64,000 nt of DNA from Candidatus Iainarchaeum sp. (GCA_018304425.1 JAGVWE010000002.1:1-64000), one strand, 5' to 3'; positions 1 through 10,610 are shown, counted from the stretch's first letter. The notes: generated from the letters alone by a model not told the origin. A program made the numbers and translations.

Positions 1-620
1 TTGACATCCTCCCCACCCTAAAGGGTGGGGATTCCCTTTGTGTGGGAGAAGTCGGCGAGTGTGCGTTGGAACGCATCGCCTTGGTTGCGGACGTAGGCGC
101 GCATGTGGTTGAGGCCGACGTCGCCGACGGTGCGGTAGAACTTGCCGGGCGTCCACAGGTGGCCTTTGCGGTACATTAACCGCAGGTTGGGATTCAACCG
201 GAAGTACTCGTAACTGCTGCGCCCCTTCAACAGTTGTGCCGCCCGCGCCAACGACATGGCGGGCGGCACCTCGACGACCACGTGCACGTGGTCGGGTTGC
301 ACCGCCAACTCCAACACATGCATGCCGTGCGCAGCCGCGACGTTCAACAGGATGCCCTCCATGTCCCGCTTGTTCCGCTCCTTGCGGAACACGTTCCGCC
401 GGTACTTGGGAATCCACTCAATGTGGTACGCCCACTGGCCCTTGGCATGGGCGACACTATTTAAAACCTGCGCCGCTTTCATAGTGTAACACTCTCCTGT
501 CCTGGCGCGGTCGCTACCGCGCCGGACAGTTGCACTTAAAACCCAGAACAACAGAAATAGACTACGCGGGGCTCGCTCTCATCCCCGCGTTAAAACGCGG
601 GGGTTTCCCGCTCGCCACGG
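1..620 (-). mobile_element. IS200/IS605-family insertion sequence, tnpA-only
   Basis: Subterminal hairpins at both ends: CCCCACCCT-AA-AGGGTGGGG (11-30) and CCCCGCGTT-AA-AACGCGGGG (583-602). On the minus strand the right end reads ...GGAGGATGTCAA and finishes at base 1 (TCAA is the typical right-end cleavage tetramer). The left end is preceded by TTAG (621-624, minus strand), a plausible target tetramer. Encloses tnpA. Confidence 0.88.
18..482 (-). CDS. tnpA: Y1 HUH transposase TnpA (IS200/IS605)
   Basis: YHIEWIPKYRR, HUH motif PDHVH, LKGRSS, LWTPGKF and catalytic YVRNQ. Likely start is ATG 482 (MKAAQ). Confidence 0.95.
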   Translation of the reverse strand: MKAAQVLNSVAHAKGQWAYHIEWIPKYRRNVFRKERNKRDMEGILLNVAAAHGMHVLELAVQPDHVHVVVEVPPAMSLARAAQLLKGRSSYEYFRLNPNLRLMYRKGHLWTPGKFYRTVGDVGLNHMRAYVRNQGDAFQRTLADFSHTKGIPTL

Positions 621-1387
621 CTAATCCAAAGCGGGGCATCCGGATTGTGCGTGTGTGGGTGCGTGTTTGCCCAATCCCTAAGGTAGCCCGTGACCTGGTT
701 TAGCTTGACCTTGCGGCTCCCCGTCTTACCAGTTACGTGAATATAGCAAGAGCCATTCAAGAAAACGAGGTCTTTCAAGCGCAGGCACAAGATTTCGCCT
801 ATTCTGCAGCCGCTTTCAATAAGGCAAGCGATTAAGGCACGATCTCTTGGCGTCTTAGCCGCTCCAAGGACGCGCAAACATTCCTCGTCCGAGGGCAGTT
901 CATCAGCCTTTATTTTGCACTCATCGTGCTTATATGGGTCGTCGCCAGCCAGTTCAGGGCATTCCTCGTAGTTTAAGAGCTTCATCAGAGATGCCTTCTT
1001 TTCTTCTGGCAAACGCCTGACATACCACTTTAGAAAGCCTCGAGTACAGCGTTTAAAGTCCTCGATAGTGTGCAGGGAGTAGCCTTTCTTGGTTAGCGCG
1101 CGCTTGTAGTCACGAATGTGCTGCTCCGTGAAATCATCGAGGGCAACCCCGCCCAGGAAATCGGCGAAACCTTTCATCGTATACAAGAGCTTGGCCTGTC
1201 TTCCAAGAGACAAGGGCTTGTTTCGCCGCCCATACGGCCCAGCCATGTAGTCCTCGTGAAACACCAAGAGCAGCCGATAATTCGCGTTGGCTGCATCCCC
1301 AAGACGGGCAAGCACGCTCTTCAGATTGTTGGCAATCGGGTGGAGAACGAAGCGCGCCCCAGTTCCTTCGATACTTTTTTCTTCCAT
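621..1387 (-). pseudogene. Tyrosine recombinase/integrase interrupted by the IS200 element
   Basis: RDRALIACLIESGCRIGEILCLR (box I Arg) and GKTG (catalytic Lys) are present. The frame enters the IS end after PLWIS, so the HxxR and Tyr motifs are missing. It lies just downstream of the tRNA-Thr 3' end. Confidence 0.88.
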
Positions 1388-1450
1388 AATATGGCCTCCT
1401 GCCAAGGAACTATTTAAGGGGCCAGGGCAGGCACCATACTACAGGCAAAA

Positions 1451-1524
1451 AGCCACCGGTGGGATTTGAACCCACGACCTGCGCATTACGAGTGCGCTGC
1501 ACAACCAGGCTATGCTACGGTGGC
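1451..1524 (-). tRNA. tRNA-Thr(CGT)
   Basis: Minus strand GCCACCG...CGGTGGC-T acceptor stem, anticodon arm GCGCA-CT-CGT-AA-TGCGC, T-loop GGTTCAAATCC. CCA is not encoded. Confidence 0.96.
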
Positions 1525-1579
1525 ATTCCAGGGAATACGGACTTTTTCGGCAAAAGAATTAATAACCCCGTTGGAAAGG

Positions 1580-3058
1580 CTATTTTCCCCGCCACTTCCG
1601 CCAGAGCAGGGACTGCAACTCGCTGATTTTCACGCGGCTTTGCGCCATGGTATTGCGTTCGCGGAGGGTCACGGTCTCGTCCTTGAGCGTGTCGTAATCG
1701 ACCGTGATGGCAAAAGGCACCCCGACCTCGTCCACGCGCGCGTAGCGCTTGCCGATGCTGCCTTTCTCGTCGAAAAAGCTTTCCAGGCCGTGGTCGAGCA
1801 GCAGCTCGTGCACTGCCCAGGCCTTCTCGTACAAGCCGTCCTTTTTCTGGAGTGGGAAGACCGCCACGAAGTGGGGCGCGATTTTTGGGTTCAGGCCCAG
1901 CAGGATTCGTTCTTCTGGGCCGCGTTTTTCCTTGCGGAAGCCCAGGTCCAGCAGGACGTAAAAGGTGCGGTCCAAGCCAATCGAGACTTCGAAGACGTGG
2001 GGGATGAAGGCAGCCTTGTCGCCTTCTTCCTTGATGGACTGGTCAGCCTTGCTGACTTCGCCGTGGCGCTTCAGGTCGTAGTCGGTGCGGTAATTGCAGG
2101 CAATCAACTCAATCCAGCCCAACCCGGTTTCGGCTTCGAAGTCCCAGGTTTCCTTGGCGTAGAAGGCCTTGGTCTCGTCGTCGAGTTCGCGGAAGCGGAG
2201 CTTCTGCGTGGGAATCCCGTACTTCTCGTAGAGTTGCTGGACGCGGGCCAGGCAATAGGCCACGAGCCGCCCGGAAACGATTTTCTGGTCCACGGCTTCC
2301 TGGCAGGAAACCGCCTCAACCTTCTTACCAAGCCGCAGCAAATTCAGCTTGTAGGCCTTGACTTCGTCCCAGCGCTCGACCTCGTTTATTTTCGCGGGAT
2401 TGAAAAAAACTTCTGTTTCCATCTGGCCGAGCTCGCGCTCGCGGAGCAACTGCTGCCGGGGAGCTATCTCATTGCGGAAGCTGCTGCCAACCTGGGAGAT
2501 GCCCAGGGGCAGGGTCTGCCTCGCGACCTTGTAGATGCGGTTGAAGTCCAGGAAAATGTTTTGGCAGGTCTCCGGGCGGAGATAGCAGGGCACGTCGTTC
2601 GAAGCCCCAATCATGACCTTCATCATCATGTTGAACTTCTTGACCTTGTCGAGGGTACCCTTGCACTTGCCGCACACGAGCTTGTGCTCGGCAATCAGTT
2701 TGTCGAGGTGCTCCGTGGTCGCGGCTTCGGGCACGCTTTTCCCCGTCTTTTCTTCGAGTATCTTGTCGGCGCGGTAGAATGCGTGGCATTTCCTGCACTG
2801 CACGATGGGGTCGTTGAAGTTGTCGAGGTGCCCGCTGGCCTTGAACACGGGTTCGGGGAGGATTTGGGACCCGGCGATTTCGACGAAGCCCTCGCGTTCC
2901 ACGAACTCCCGCCTCCAGAAGTCCACGATTTTGCGGCGGATTTTCACGCCCTCGGGGCCGTAGTCGAAGAAGCCGGCAGGGGCATTCGAGTAGATTTCCG
3001 CGGTTGGAAAGAACAGGCCCCTGCGCAGGGCCAGGTTCACGGTTTCCTCGTGTGGCAT
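1580..3058 (-). CDS. glyS: Glycyl-tRNA synthetase (homodimeric archaeal/eukaryal type)
   Basis: GFFDYGPEG, ASGHLDNF, LRPETCQNIF, FRNEIAPRQ, PHVFEVSIGLDR and anticodon-binding domain GSIGKRYARVDEVG. Confidence 0.96.
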   Translation of the reverse strand: MPHEETVNLALRRGLFFPTAEIYSNAPAGFFDYGPEGVKIRRKIVDFWRREFVEREGFVEIAGSQILPEPVFKASGHLDNFNDPIVQCRKCHAFYRADKILEEKTGKSVPEAATTEHLDKLIAEHKLVCGKCKGTLDKVKKFNMMMKVMIGASNDVPCYLRPETCQNIFLDFNRIYKVARQTLPLGISQVGSSFRNEIAPRQQLLRERELGQMETEVFFNPAKINEVERWDEVKAYKLNLLRLGKKVEAVSCQEAVDQKIVSGRLVAYCLARVQQLYEKYGIPTQKLRFRELDDETKAFYAKETWDFEAETGLGWIELIACNYRTDYDLKRHGEVSKADQSIKEEGDKAAFIPHVFEVSIGLDRTFYVLLDLGFRKEKRGPEERILLGLNPKIAPHFVAVFPLQKKDGLYEKAWAVHELLLDHGLESFFDEKGSIGKRYARVDEVGVPFAITVDYDTLKDETVTLRERNTMAQSRVKISELQSLLWRKWRGK

Positions 3059-3284
3059 GGAACCGATTTAAGGGCTGAAACGGTTAAAAAGGGTGCGCCG
3101 TTCCACCTTCAGGCAAAAAGCTTATTAGCCTCGTGAAAGCCAATTCTACCATGGTTAGACGAGTACCCGCCTTTGAAGCGATTAGACGCATGGTTGCCGG
3201 CCCCGCGGGAGCGCGGTCCAGCGGGGCCAATCACGGGCGATAAGCAGGCCCCTGCGAACCTTTGAAGCACGCGCACGAAAGGAG

Positions 3285-3779
3285 TTGCTGCCCCACGTAA
3301 GGCCCGGGCTCTCCCTCGAAGAACACCTGCGGCATGTGAACGCTTCCAGACGAGTCATTTTCAGTTTGCTGCCCGAACGATTGCCTCCACGGGAAGGCGC
3401 CACAGCCATGCACTTGGCCCGCTACCAGGACACGGTGGCCACTGCCCAGGCCCTGCTCGAACATGGAATCGAGTGGACGCCGGCCTTGGCCCGTGACTTC
3501 GAGCGCGCACACCAGTGGAGCCTCGAACACCAGGGGCGAGCCATTCCCCCCGGCTCGCGGACTCGGACCCGGGAGATGAAGGCGTGGGCGCGCGCGGTCC
3601 GCAGCCTCATTAAAAGACGGCAAGAGCGGAGCGTTTCGCCGGAAATGGTCGAGCAAACCCTGGACTACATCAACGAATCACTCCAGCAACTGCTGGGGCT
3701 CCGCAATTACCATTTCTACCAGACGGCGCGAGGCAAGTTCACCACAATGGTGCAAGCGGCTATTCGCCGATCACCTTAA
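3285..3779 (+). CDS. Hypothetical protein (start uncertain)
   Basis: 164-aa ORF filling the gap between glyS and yjbQ, with a promoter-like AAAAGCTTATTA at ~3116. An ATG at 3151 is in another frame and stops at 3243. Confidence 0.5.
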   Translation: MLPHVRPGLSLEEHLRHVNASRRVIFSLLPERLPPREGATAMHLARYQDTVATAQALLEHGIEWTPALARDFERAHQWSLEHQGRAIPPGSRTRTREMKAWARAVRSLIKRRQERSVSPEMVEQTLDYINESLQQLLGLRNYHFYQTARGKFTTMVQAAIRRSP

Positions 3780-4173
3780 TCACCACGCGCTTCTTCCGCT
3801 TCCCATCGAATTCCCCGTAATACACCTGCTGCCAGGGCCCGAGGTCGAGTTTTCCACCGGTTATCGGGAGGATGACTTGGGGATGAACCAGCAGGCTCTT
3901 TAGGTGCGCGTCCCCGTTGTCCTCGCCGGTGTGGTGGTGCCGGTATTTCTTGCCAAAGGGCACGAGCTGCTGGAGGAACTCCTCGATGTCTTGCAGCAGG
4001 CCGTCGTCGGCGTCGTTCACCCAGATGGCCGCGCTGGTGTGCATGGCCCCGACAAAGCAGAAGCCTTCTTTTACCCTGGCCTTTTTCACGGCGGCTTCGA
4101 CCTTGTCCTGGATGTTGATGAACTCGCGGCGCGCTTTCGTCTCGAACCAGAGGTAAGCGGTGTGGGACTTCAT
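3760..4173 (-). CDS. yjbQ: YjbQ/UPF0047 family protein
   Basis: [21 protein letters not shown] and [16 protein letters not shown]. Confidence 0.93.
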   Translation of the reverse strand: MKSHTAYLWFETKARREFINIQDKVEAAVKKARVKEGFCFVGAMHTSAAIWVNDADDGLLQDIEEFLQQLVPFGKKYRHHHTGEDNGDAHLKSLLVHPQVILPITGGKLDLGPWQQVYYGEFDGKRKKRVVIKVIGE

Positions 4174-4217
4174 GCAGGCATCAGGTCACGAACGGAATAA
4201 AAAAGAATGGCCAGCGC

Positions 4218-4997
4218 CTACTTGGTGACACGTGTGCCCACCGCTTCCGCGGATTGCAGGCATTGCCTGATAGCGTGTTGTTTCGCGCCGATGACCTGAA
4301 CAGCGGCAATACTGGAGTCAACGGCATTCAGGCAGGCGAGGACTTTTGGCACCATGCCCCCGGACACCACTCCCTCCCTCATCAGGCCCCTCGCGACCGG
4401 GGCAGAGACCACAGACAGGAGACTAGCCGCATTGCCTTGGTCGGCCAAGATGCCGGGCACGTCCGAGACGAACACCAAGCGCTTGGCCTCCACGGCGTTG
4501 GCCACCGCGACCGCAACCTCGTCCGCGTTGACGTTCAAGCGCATGCGGCTGCCCTTGGCCAGGCAGGAAACCACGGGAATGACGCCCGACGAAAGCAGGC
4601 CCTGCAGTTCCGCGTCATCGACGGAAGAAACACGCCCCACGAAACCGAGGCCCGCCTTCTTCCGTGCGTGCACGACGAACTTTTTTCCGACGTTCAAGCC
4701 AACCGCGCAAGCTCCCTGCGCCTGCAGGCCGCCAACGATGGCCTGGTTCAAGCGCGTGAGCACTCGTTCCACGATCTCCAGCATGCGCGCGTCCGTGCAC
4801 CGCAAGCCGTTCACTGTTTTTTTCCGCAAGCCCTGCCTCTGGGCTTCGACATCGATTTGCTTGCCGCCCCCGTGGACCACCACGAGCTGGAGGCCCGCTT
4901 GCCAAAGCGCGGCCAAGTCCCCGCAGACCGAAGCGAGCAAGGCCGAATCGCCCAGCACCTTGCCCGACAACTTGACGACCACGATTCCCTCCTTCAT
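4218..4997 (-). CDS. argB: Acetylglutamate kinase
   Basis: VVKLSG, VVHGGGKQI, GLRCTD, LNVNAD, SDVPG and GGMVPK. Last gene of the arg operon. Confidence 0.95.
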   Translation of the reverse strand: MKEGIVVVKLSGKVLGDSALLASVCGDLAALWQAGLQLVVVHGGGKQIDVEAQRQGLRKKTVNGLRCTDARMLEIVERVLTRLNQAIVGGLQAQGACAVGLNVGKKFVVHARKKAGLGFVGRVSSVDDAELQGLLSSGVIPVVSCLAKGSRMRLNVNADEVAVAVANAVEAKRLVFVSDVPGILADQGNAASLLSVVSAPVARGLMREGVVSGGMVPKVLACLNAVDSSIAAVQVIGAKQHAIRQCLQSAEAVGTRVTK

Positions 4998-5941
4998 TCC
5001 ACCAACCCCTTGCCCTCGGGAAAGCCCAGCAACAGGTTCATGTTTTGCACGGCCTGGCTGGCCGCGCCCTTGAGGAGATTGTCGAGGCTGCCCACCGTCA
5101 CCAGTTCCCCGTTTTCCTTCCCTTCAAACCCGCCGACGGCAAAGAACGGTTTTCCCTGCGCCGAAGCCAGGTCAGGGCAGCCTTTCCCCCACACCTGGAC
5201 GAAGGGCTTCCCCTTGTAAAACGCCTCATACGCCTTCAGGACGTCCCTTCCGGCCTTTGGCTGCTTCAAGGCGGCATGCTGGGTGCAGAGCAGGCCGCGA
5301 AACAAGGGCACCACGTGGGGCGTGAACGAAAAACGGTTGCCCAGCACGGCCTGGATTTCAGGCACCTGCCTGTGCCCAGTCAAGTCATACGCCCACGCGT
5401 TGTCCTTGACCCTTGCCTTGAACTCCGGTGCCGAAGTTTTTTCACGACCCGCACCCGAGTAACCGGACAGGCAATCGAATACGGTGCGCTTCAGCCAGCC
5501 CTTGCTCGTCAGCGGCAGAGCCGAGAGGATGCAGGCAGTCGCATAGCAGCCTGGGTTCGCAACCAAGTCCGCTCTCCGTATCTCGTCCGCGAAAAGCTCG
5601 GGCAACCCATAGGCCACCCTTTTTTCGCCTGCCTCTTTCACCCCGCGGTGGTCGGCGGACAAGTCGATGACCTTGCAGCCGAACTTCGGCGCGAGTTTCG
5701 CGGCCTCGCCGTGCGGGAGACACAAGAAGACCAGGTCGAGGTCGAGGTCAATGAGTTGCTCAATCGAGTAGCCCGTGAAGCGCAGGCCCTTCGACGGAAA
5801 AGTTTGGTCGAGGCTGCTTACTTTTTTTCCGGCAAAGCGCTGCGAGTTCAACGCCTTTACCTCGACGTCATGGCCTTGCAGCAGCAACTTCAAGAGCTCG
5901 AGGCCTGCGAAGCCGCTGGCTCCCACGATGCCCACGTTCAT
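4994..5941 (-). CDS. argC: N-acetyl-gamma-glutamyl-phosphate reductase
   Basis: IVGASGFAG, IDLSADHR, YGLPEL, VANPGCYAT, SGYSGAG and DNLLKGAASQAVQNMN. Start ATG 5941. Confidence 0.96.
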   Translation of the reverse strand: MNVGIVGASGFAGLELLKLLLQGHDVEVKALNSQRFAGKKVSSLDQTFPSKGLRFTGYSIEQLIDLDLDLVFLCLPHGEAAKLAPKFGCKVIDLSADHRGVKEAGEKRVAYGLPELFADEIRRADLVANPGCYATACILSALPLTSKGWLKRTVFDCLSGYSGAGREKTSAPEFKARVKDNAWAYDLTGHRQVPEIQAVLGNRFSFTPHVVPLFRGLLCTQHAALKQPKAGRDVLKAYEAFYKGKPFVQVWGKGCPDLASAQGKPFFAVGGFEGKENGELVTVGSLDNLLKGAASQAVQNMNLLLGFPEGKGLVE

Positions 5942-7113
5942 ACGGCAAGCGCCTCCTCCAAGACCGCGACGGCCTGCCTGCATTCCTTCAGCGAAACCGT
6001 GAGCGGAGGCAACAACCTGATCGTGTCATCCCCCACGCCGTTAACCAGCAAACCCTGCGCCCTGCACGCGTCCACCACCGCATCCGCTTTCCCGCCTTGC
6101 ACGCCCAAGCCCAGCATCAAGCCCCTGCCCCTGACCCCCTGCAAGGCCGAATCCGGCCCCATAACGGCGTTTAACGCCTTTGCCAGCCAGGCCCCTTTTT
6201 CGGCGGCCCTTGCCTCCAACCCCTGTTCTTGGATGCAGTCCAAAACCGCCAAAGCCGCGGCGCACGCCAGGGGGTTTCCCCCGAAGGTGCTGCCGTGGTC
6301 TCCTTTTCCAAACTCGATGCCGGCCGCGGCAATCGTGGCTCCGATGGGGAAACCGTTCCCCAGGCCCTTGGCCGTGCACACGATGTCGGGCAGGATTTTC
6401 TCGTGCTGGTACGCGAAAAACTTTCCCGTGCGCGCAACCCCGGACTGGACTTCGTCCAGGATGAGGAGCACGTCCCGCTTCGCGCATATTTCCCTCACTT
6501 CCTGGAGATAACCTTCACTCGGAACGAGAACCCCGGCCTCTCCCTGGATGGGTTCGACGAGGAAGGCCGCGGTGTCCGCGCCAATGGCTTTCTCCAAAGC
6601 ACGGGCATCGTTGAATGGAATCTCCTTGAAACCGGGAACCAAGGGCCTGCAGTAGGCCTTGTACTTTTCCTTGGACGTCGCACTCAAGGCGCCCAGCGTC
6701 CTCCCATGGAACGCGTGCTCCGTGGCAATGATTCCCTTTTTGCCCGAAGCCTTTCGCGCGAGCTTGAGGGCGGCCTCAACCGATTCCGATCCGGAATTCG
6801 AGAAAAAACTTTTGCCCAACCCTGAAACCCTCGCCAACCTCTTGGCGAGCAGGGCCTGGGGCTCGGAGTAGTAGAGGTTCGACGTGGAAACGATTTTGCC
6901 GAGTTGCGCCTTCACCGCCTGCAACACCACGGGGTTGCCGTGGCCAACCACGCAGGTTCCCAGCGAGCCGATGAAGTCCAGGTAGGCTTTTCCCTCCAAG
7001 TCGTATACCCGACTACCCTTTCCCCTGGCGACGGCTAAGGGTTTCCTGGTAAAGCAAGGCTGAAAGTGCCTGGCCTCCAACGCCATGACTTGCCTGGATT
7101 GCATGCTTATCAC
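5938..7113 (-). CDS. argD: Acetylornithine aminotransferase
   Basis: NSGSESVEAALK, AFHGRT, EPIQGE, DEVQSG, TAKGLGNG and HGSTFGGNP. Start is uncertain (GTG 7113 overlapping the argJ stop, or ATG 7104). Confidence 0.94.
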   Translation of the reverse strand: MISMQSRQVMALEARHFQPCFTRKPLAVARGKGSRVYDLEGKAYLDFIGSLGTCVVGHGNPVVLQAVKAQLGKIVSTSNLYYSEPQALLAKRLARVSGLGKSFFSNSGSESVEAALKLARKASGKKGIIATEHAFHGRTLGALSATSKEKYKAYCRPLVPGFKEIPFNDARALEKAIGADTAAFLVEPIQGEAGVLVPSEGYLQEVREICAKRDVLLILDEVQSGVARTGKFFAYQHEKILPDIVCTAKGLGNGFPIGATIAAAGIEFGKGDHGSTFGGNPLACAAALAVLDCIQEQGLEARAAEKGAWLAKALNAVMGPDSALQGVRGRGLMLGLGVQGGKADAVVDACRAQGLLVNGVGDDTIRLLPPLTVSLKECRQAVAVLEEALAV

Positions 7114-8291
7114 GTGCAATACGCGGAATTGATTTTCACGTATTCCTCGCTCAAATCACAGCCGAAAGCCGTGGCCGAAGCCCTTCCAATGCCCAGGTCG
7201 ACGAGGATTTCCAGGTGCCTGGCGGAAAGGACTTCCAAGGCAAGAGCCTTGTCAAACTCCTGGGGCCCGCCGCCATTGAACACCTTGACCGGGCCAACGA
7301 ACAAAGCGACCTTCCCCAAATCAAATGCCTGGCCCGTGGAACCCATGGCCGAAAACACTCTCCCCCAATTCAAGTCCCCCCCATGAATGGCTGCCTTGAC
7401 GAGGTTGCTGGACGCGACGGCTTTCGCGAAGGCCACGGCCTGGGCTTCACGCGCCGCGCCCTTCACCTTCACGGCAAACGTCTTGGTTGCGCCCTCTCCG
7501 TCGGCCACGATTTTCTTGGCCAACTCGAGGCAGACAAAGTCCAGGGCCTCCTGAAACTCCGCCACGGAGGGCTTGACTCCGCTCGCCCCGTTGGCGAGTG
7601 CGAACACGCAGTCATTGGTGGACATGTCTCCGTCCACGGAAATCATGTTGAAGCTCTTGTCCACGGCCTGCTTCAATGCTGCCTTCAACGCGGCCGCGTC
7701 GATGACGGCATCCGAGCAAATGACGGCCAGCATGGTGGCCATGTTGGGGTGAATCATGCCACTGCCCTTGGCCATGCCCGCCACCCTGAAACCCTTGCCT
7801 TGCACGGCCACGGTTTTTTCAACGGAGTCCGTGGTCAGGATGGCTTGCGCGGCGTCCAAGGCTGCGAGCCCGGAATCCGACAAGGCGGCCTTCAAGCCCT
7901 TCAACGCCAAAAGCTTGCCCACATCCAAGTGTTTTCCGATGACGCCCGTGGAAGCCGTGAGCACCCGCTCCGGCGGAAGCCCCAGTTCCCCGGCCACCCA
8001 CGCCACTTTCTTGGCCTCGTTTTCAAGGCCCTGCTCCCCCGTGCACGCGTTCGCGACCCCGGAGACAATGGCCACCGCGTTCGCGGCCCCGAAACCATTG
8101 GGCAGTTTCTGCTGGGACAAGAGCACGGGCGCGGCCTTCACGCTGTTGGAAGTGAAGACACCGGCGGCGGCGCACGGCTCCTCGCTGTACACGAGGGAAA
8201 AATCTTTTTTGGCTCTCTTGAAGCCGGCGAACAAGCCCGCGGCCTGAAAGCCCCTTGGAAACGTGATGCCCTGGCCTTGACACGCCTTCAT
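7110..8291 (-). CDS. argJ: Ornithine acetyltransferase / N-acetylglutamate synthase
   Basis: ANACTG, ASTGVIG, AKGSGMIHPNMATML, DGDMSTND, DGEGATK and NWGR. Confidence 0.96.
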   Translation of the reverse strand: MKACQGQGITFPRGFQAAGLFAGFKRAKKDFSLVYSEEPCAAAGVFTSNSVKAAPVLLSQQKLPNGFGAANAVAIVSGVANACTGEQGLENEAKKVAWVAGELGLPPERVLTASTGVIGKHLDVGKLLALKGLKAALSDSGLAALDAAQAILTTDSVEKTVAVQGKGFRVAGMAKGSGMIHPNMATMLAVICSDAVIDAAALKAALKQAVDKSFNMISVDGDMSTNDCVFALANGASGVKPSVAEFQEALDFVCLELAKKIVADGEGATKTFAVKVKGAAREAQAVAFAKAVASSNLVKAAIHGGDLNWGRVFSAMGSTGQAFDLGKVALFVGPVKVFNGGGPQEFDKALALEVLSARHLEILVDLGIGRASATAFGCDLSEEYVKINSAYCT

Positions 8292-8352
8292 GGTCTACCC
8301 TCAAAGCGTGAGCCAAGCCACCCTATTCTTGCAGCAAAACATTTATAGTTCA

Positions 8353-9252
8353 TTATCCCACGCATCCCCCAAGCACGAGCAGCAACGCCTTCTGGGCGTG
8401 CAGCCTGTTCTCGGCCTGGTCGAAGACCACGGAGTTTTTCCCGTCCAGGACTTCGTTGGTGACTTCACAGTTCCTATGCGCGGGCAGGCAGTGCATGAAC
8501 AAGGCCTTGCGCGGCACCAACTGGGCCTGCACCTGGTAGCCCTGGAAGGCCTTGACCTTCTGCTGGACCCCGGCCTCCTGGCCCATGGACACCCAGGTAT
8601 CCGTGTACACGACGTCCGCGTCCTCCACGGCCTTGGCCGGCTCGCGGCAGACCTCCACTTCCGTCAAACCCTGCGCCCACTCCACGATGCCCTGGTCGGG
8701 CTCAAAGCCCTTGGGCGAGGCAACCGACAAGCGCAGGCCCAGCAACGCACCCTCAATCAACAGCGAGTGGCAGACGTTGTTCCCGTCTCCCACGAAGGCC
8801 AGCTTCTTCCCCTTGAAGGAGCCGAGCTTTTCCTTGACGGTCAGCATGTCGGCGAGGCCCTGGCAGGGATGGTAGAGGTTGCACAAGCCGTTGATGACCG
8901 GCTTGTCGGAGGCCATGGCCATTGCCTTCAAGTCAGCGTGCTCGTTCACCCTCGCGACAATCAAGTCAGCGTACCTGGCCATGCACTTGACTTCGTCCTG
9001 CAGGTCCCCCAACACCAGGTTGGTCTGGCGCCAGTCCATGTAAACCACGTGGCCCCCCAGTTGCTTCATGCCCACCTCGAAGGACATCCTGGTTCTGGTG
9101 GACGTCTTCTGGAAGACCATGGCCAGGGTCTTCCCCTCCAAGGCATGCTGGTAGGCCGGGGGGGATTTCTTCACGGCTTCCGCCAACTCGATCAATTTCC
9201 GGGTCTCGGCAACCGAGAACTCCTGCCCCGTCAAAAAGTCATGGCCCTGCAT
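8353..9252 (-). CDS. argF: Ornithine carbamoyltransferase
   Basis: STRTR, HPCQ, GDGNNV, TDTWVSMG, HCLPA and QAENRLH. Confidence 0.97.
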   Translation of the reverse strand: MQGHDFLTGQEFSVAETRKLIELAEAVKKSPPAYQHALEGKTLAMVFQKTSTRTRMSFEVGMKQLGGHVVYMDWRQTNLVLGDLQDEVKCMARYADLIVARVNEHADLKAMAMASDKPVINGLCNLYHPCQGLADMLTVKEKLGSFKGKKLAFVGDGNNVCHSLLIEGALLGLRLSVASPKGFEPDQGIVEWAQGLTEVEVCREPAKAVEDADVVYTDTWVSMGQEAGVQQKVKAFQGYQVQAQLVPRKALFMHCLPAHRNCEVTNEVLDGKNSVVFDQAENRLHAQKALLLVLGGCVG

Positions 9253-10606
9253 GCGTTTTCCCCCACAGTTTCTTCCACGCGCTGGCCAGGACGCGGGACT
9301 TTTCCTCCAACGACTTCTCCTTGGCCGAAAGTTTTTCCTTCAACTGCGGCAGGCCCAATGCGGCCGGCGAACCCAGGAGCTTCGCGTTGAACAATTCGCT
9401 GAAAGCCGGGACCAGCAGGGGTTTTCCTCCAGGCAATTTCTTCGCCGTTTCCTGGTAGGCAGACCTGAACGGCACGCCCTTCTTTGCCGACTCGAGGGCC
9501 TGCCAGGCCGAAAAGATTTCCGGGCTGCAAGCCGCCAGGCACGCGGCCGGGTTCCCCTTCAGGCCCTGGACCACGGACAAAGCCACGGAAACCGCTTCCC
9601 TGGCGGTTTTAAGGCCTTTCAGGAGGGGCTCCTTGGTCAACTGGTAATCGCGGTGGTAACCGGACGGCAGGCCCGCAACGAGGTTTGCCACCTGGAACAG
9701 GCAAGCGCCCACGACGGACGCCTTTCCCCTCAGCAATTCGAAGACATCCGGGTTCTTTTTCTGGGGCATGATGCTGCTGCCCGTGCAGAACTTCTCCGGC
9801 AGGGAGAGGAAACCGAACTCCGGCATCGAGAAGAGGATGGCGTCGGCGGAGAGCTTGCCCAAATCCAGCATCACCTGCTGCAAGGCAGCCAGCACCACGG
9901 CCTCGAACTTGCCGCGCGAGTTCTGCGCATAGAGCACGTTGTTCTGGACGCCGGCAAAGCCCAGCAGCTTGGCTTCGAGTTCCCTGTCCAGCGGCAACTG
10001 GCTGCCATACCCGGCCGCGCTGCCCAGGGGACACTGGTCAATCAAGGCCAGCGCCTGCAGCAACCCTTCCACGTCGTCCGCCAACGCCTCGGCGTGCGCG
10101 GCAAACCACAAGCCCAACGTCGAAGGCATGGCCTTGCGCGAATGGGTGTAGCCCGGCATCAGGGTTTTCTCGTGCTGGCCGGCGAGCACGGCCAGGGCGT
10201 TGGCCAGCGCCACGGTTCCGAGGCCGATGGCCAGCAGCTCCTTTTTCGCGTGCAAGCGCGTGTCGCAGAGCACCTGGTCGTTCCTGGACTTTCCGGCATG
10301 GATTTTGGCGCCAGTCTCGCCGAGCTCCTCCGTCAAAAAGTTTTCGACGGCGGTGTGCACGTCCTCGTCCTCCGGCTTCACCGGGAACAGGCCCTGCGCG
10401 TGCAGGGAGACCACCTGCTGGAGGGCTCCCTTGATGGCCTGGAGTTCCTCTGCCGACAGCAGGCCCGCTTTTTGCAGGGCGTGCGCGTGCGCGAGGTTGG
10501 TCGCGGCGTCAGCCCAAACCAACTGGTTGTCGAGCTCCCAGTCGTCGTCGACCGTGAACGCCTCCACGGCCGCGTCTAACTTGGTTTGTTTTTGCCAGAG
10601 TTTCAT
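9239..10606 (-). CDS. argH: Argininosuccinate lyase
   Basis: EDVH, GKSRNDQ, MPGYTH, PLGSAA and GSSIMPQKKNPD. Confidence 0.97.
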   Translation of the reverse strand: MKLWQKQTKLDAAVEAFTVDDDWELDNQLVWADAATNLAHAHALQKAGLLSAEELQAIKGALQQVVSLHAQGLFPVKPEDEDVHTAVENFLTEELGETGAKIHAGKSRNDQVLCDTRLHAKKELLAIGLGTVALANALAVLAGQHEKTLMPGYTHSRKAMPSTLGLWFAAHAEALADDVEGLLQALALIDQCPLGSAAGYGSQLPLDRELEAKLLGFAGVQNNVLYAQNSRGKFEAVVLAALQQVMLDLGKLSADAILFSMPEFGFLSLPEKFCTGSSIMPQKKNPDVFELLRGKASVVGACLFQVANLVAGLPSGYHRDYQLTKEPLLKGLKTAREAVSVALSVVQGLKGNPAACLAACSPEIFSAWQALESAKKGVPFRSAYQETAKKLPGGKPLLVPAFSELFNAKLLGSPAALGLPQLKEKLSAKEKSLEEKSRVLASAWKKLWGKTHAGP

Positions 10607-10610
10607 GGTT

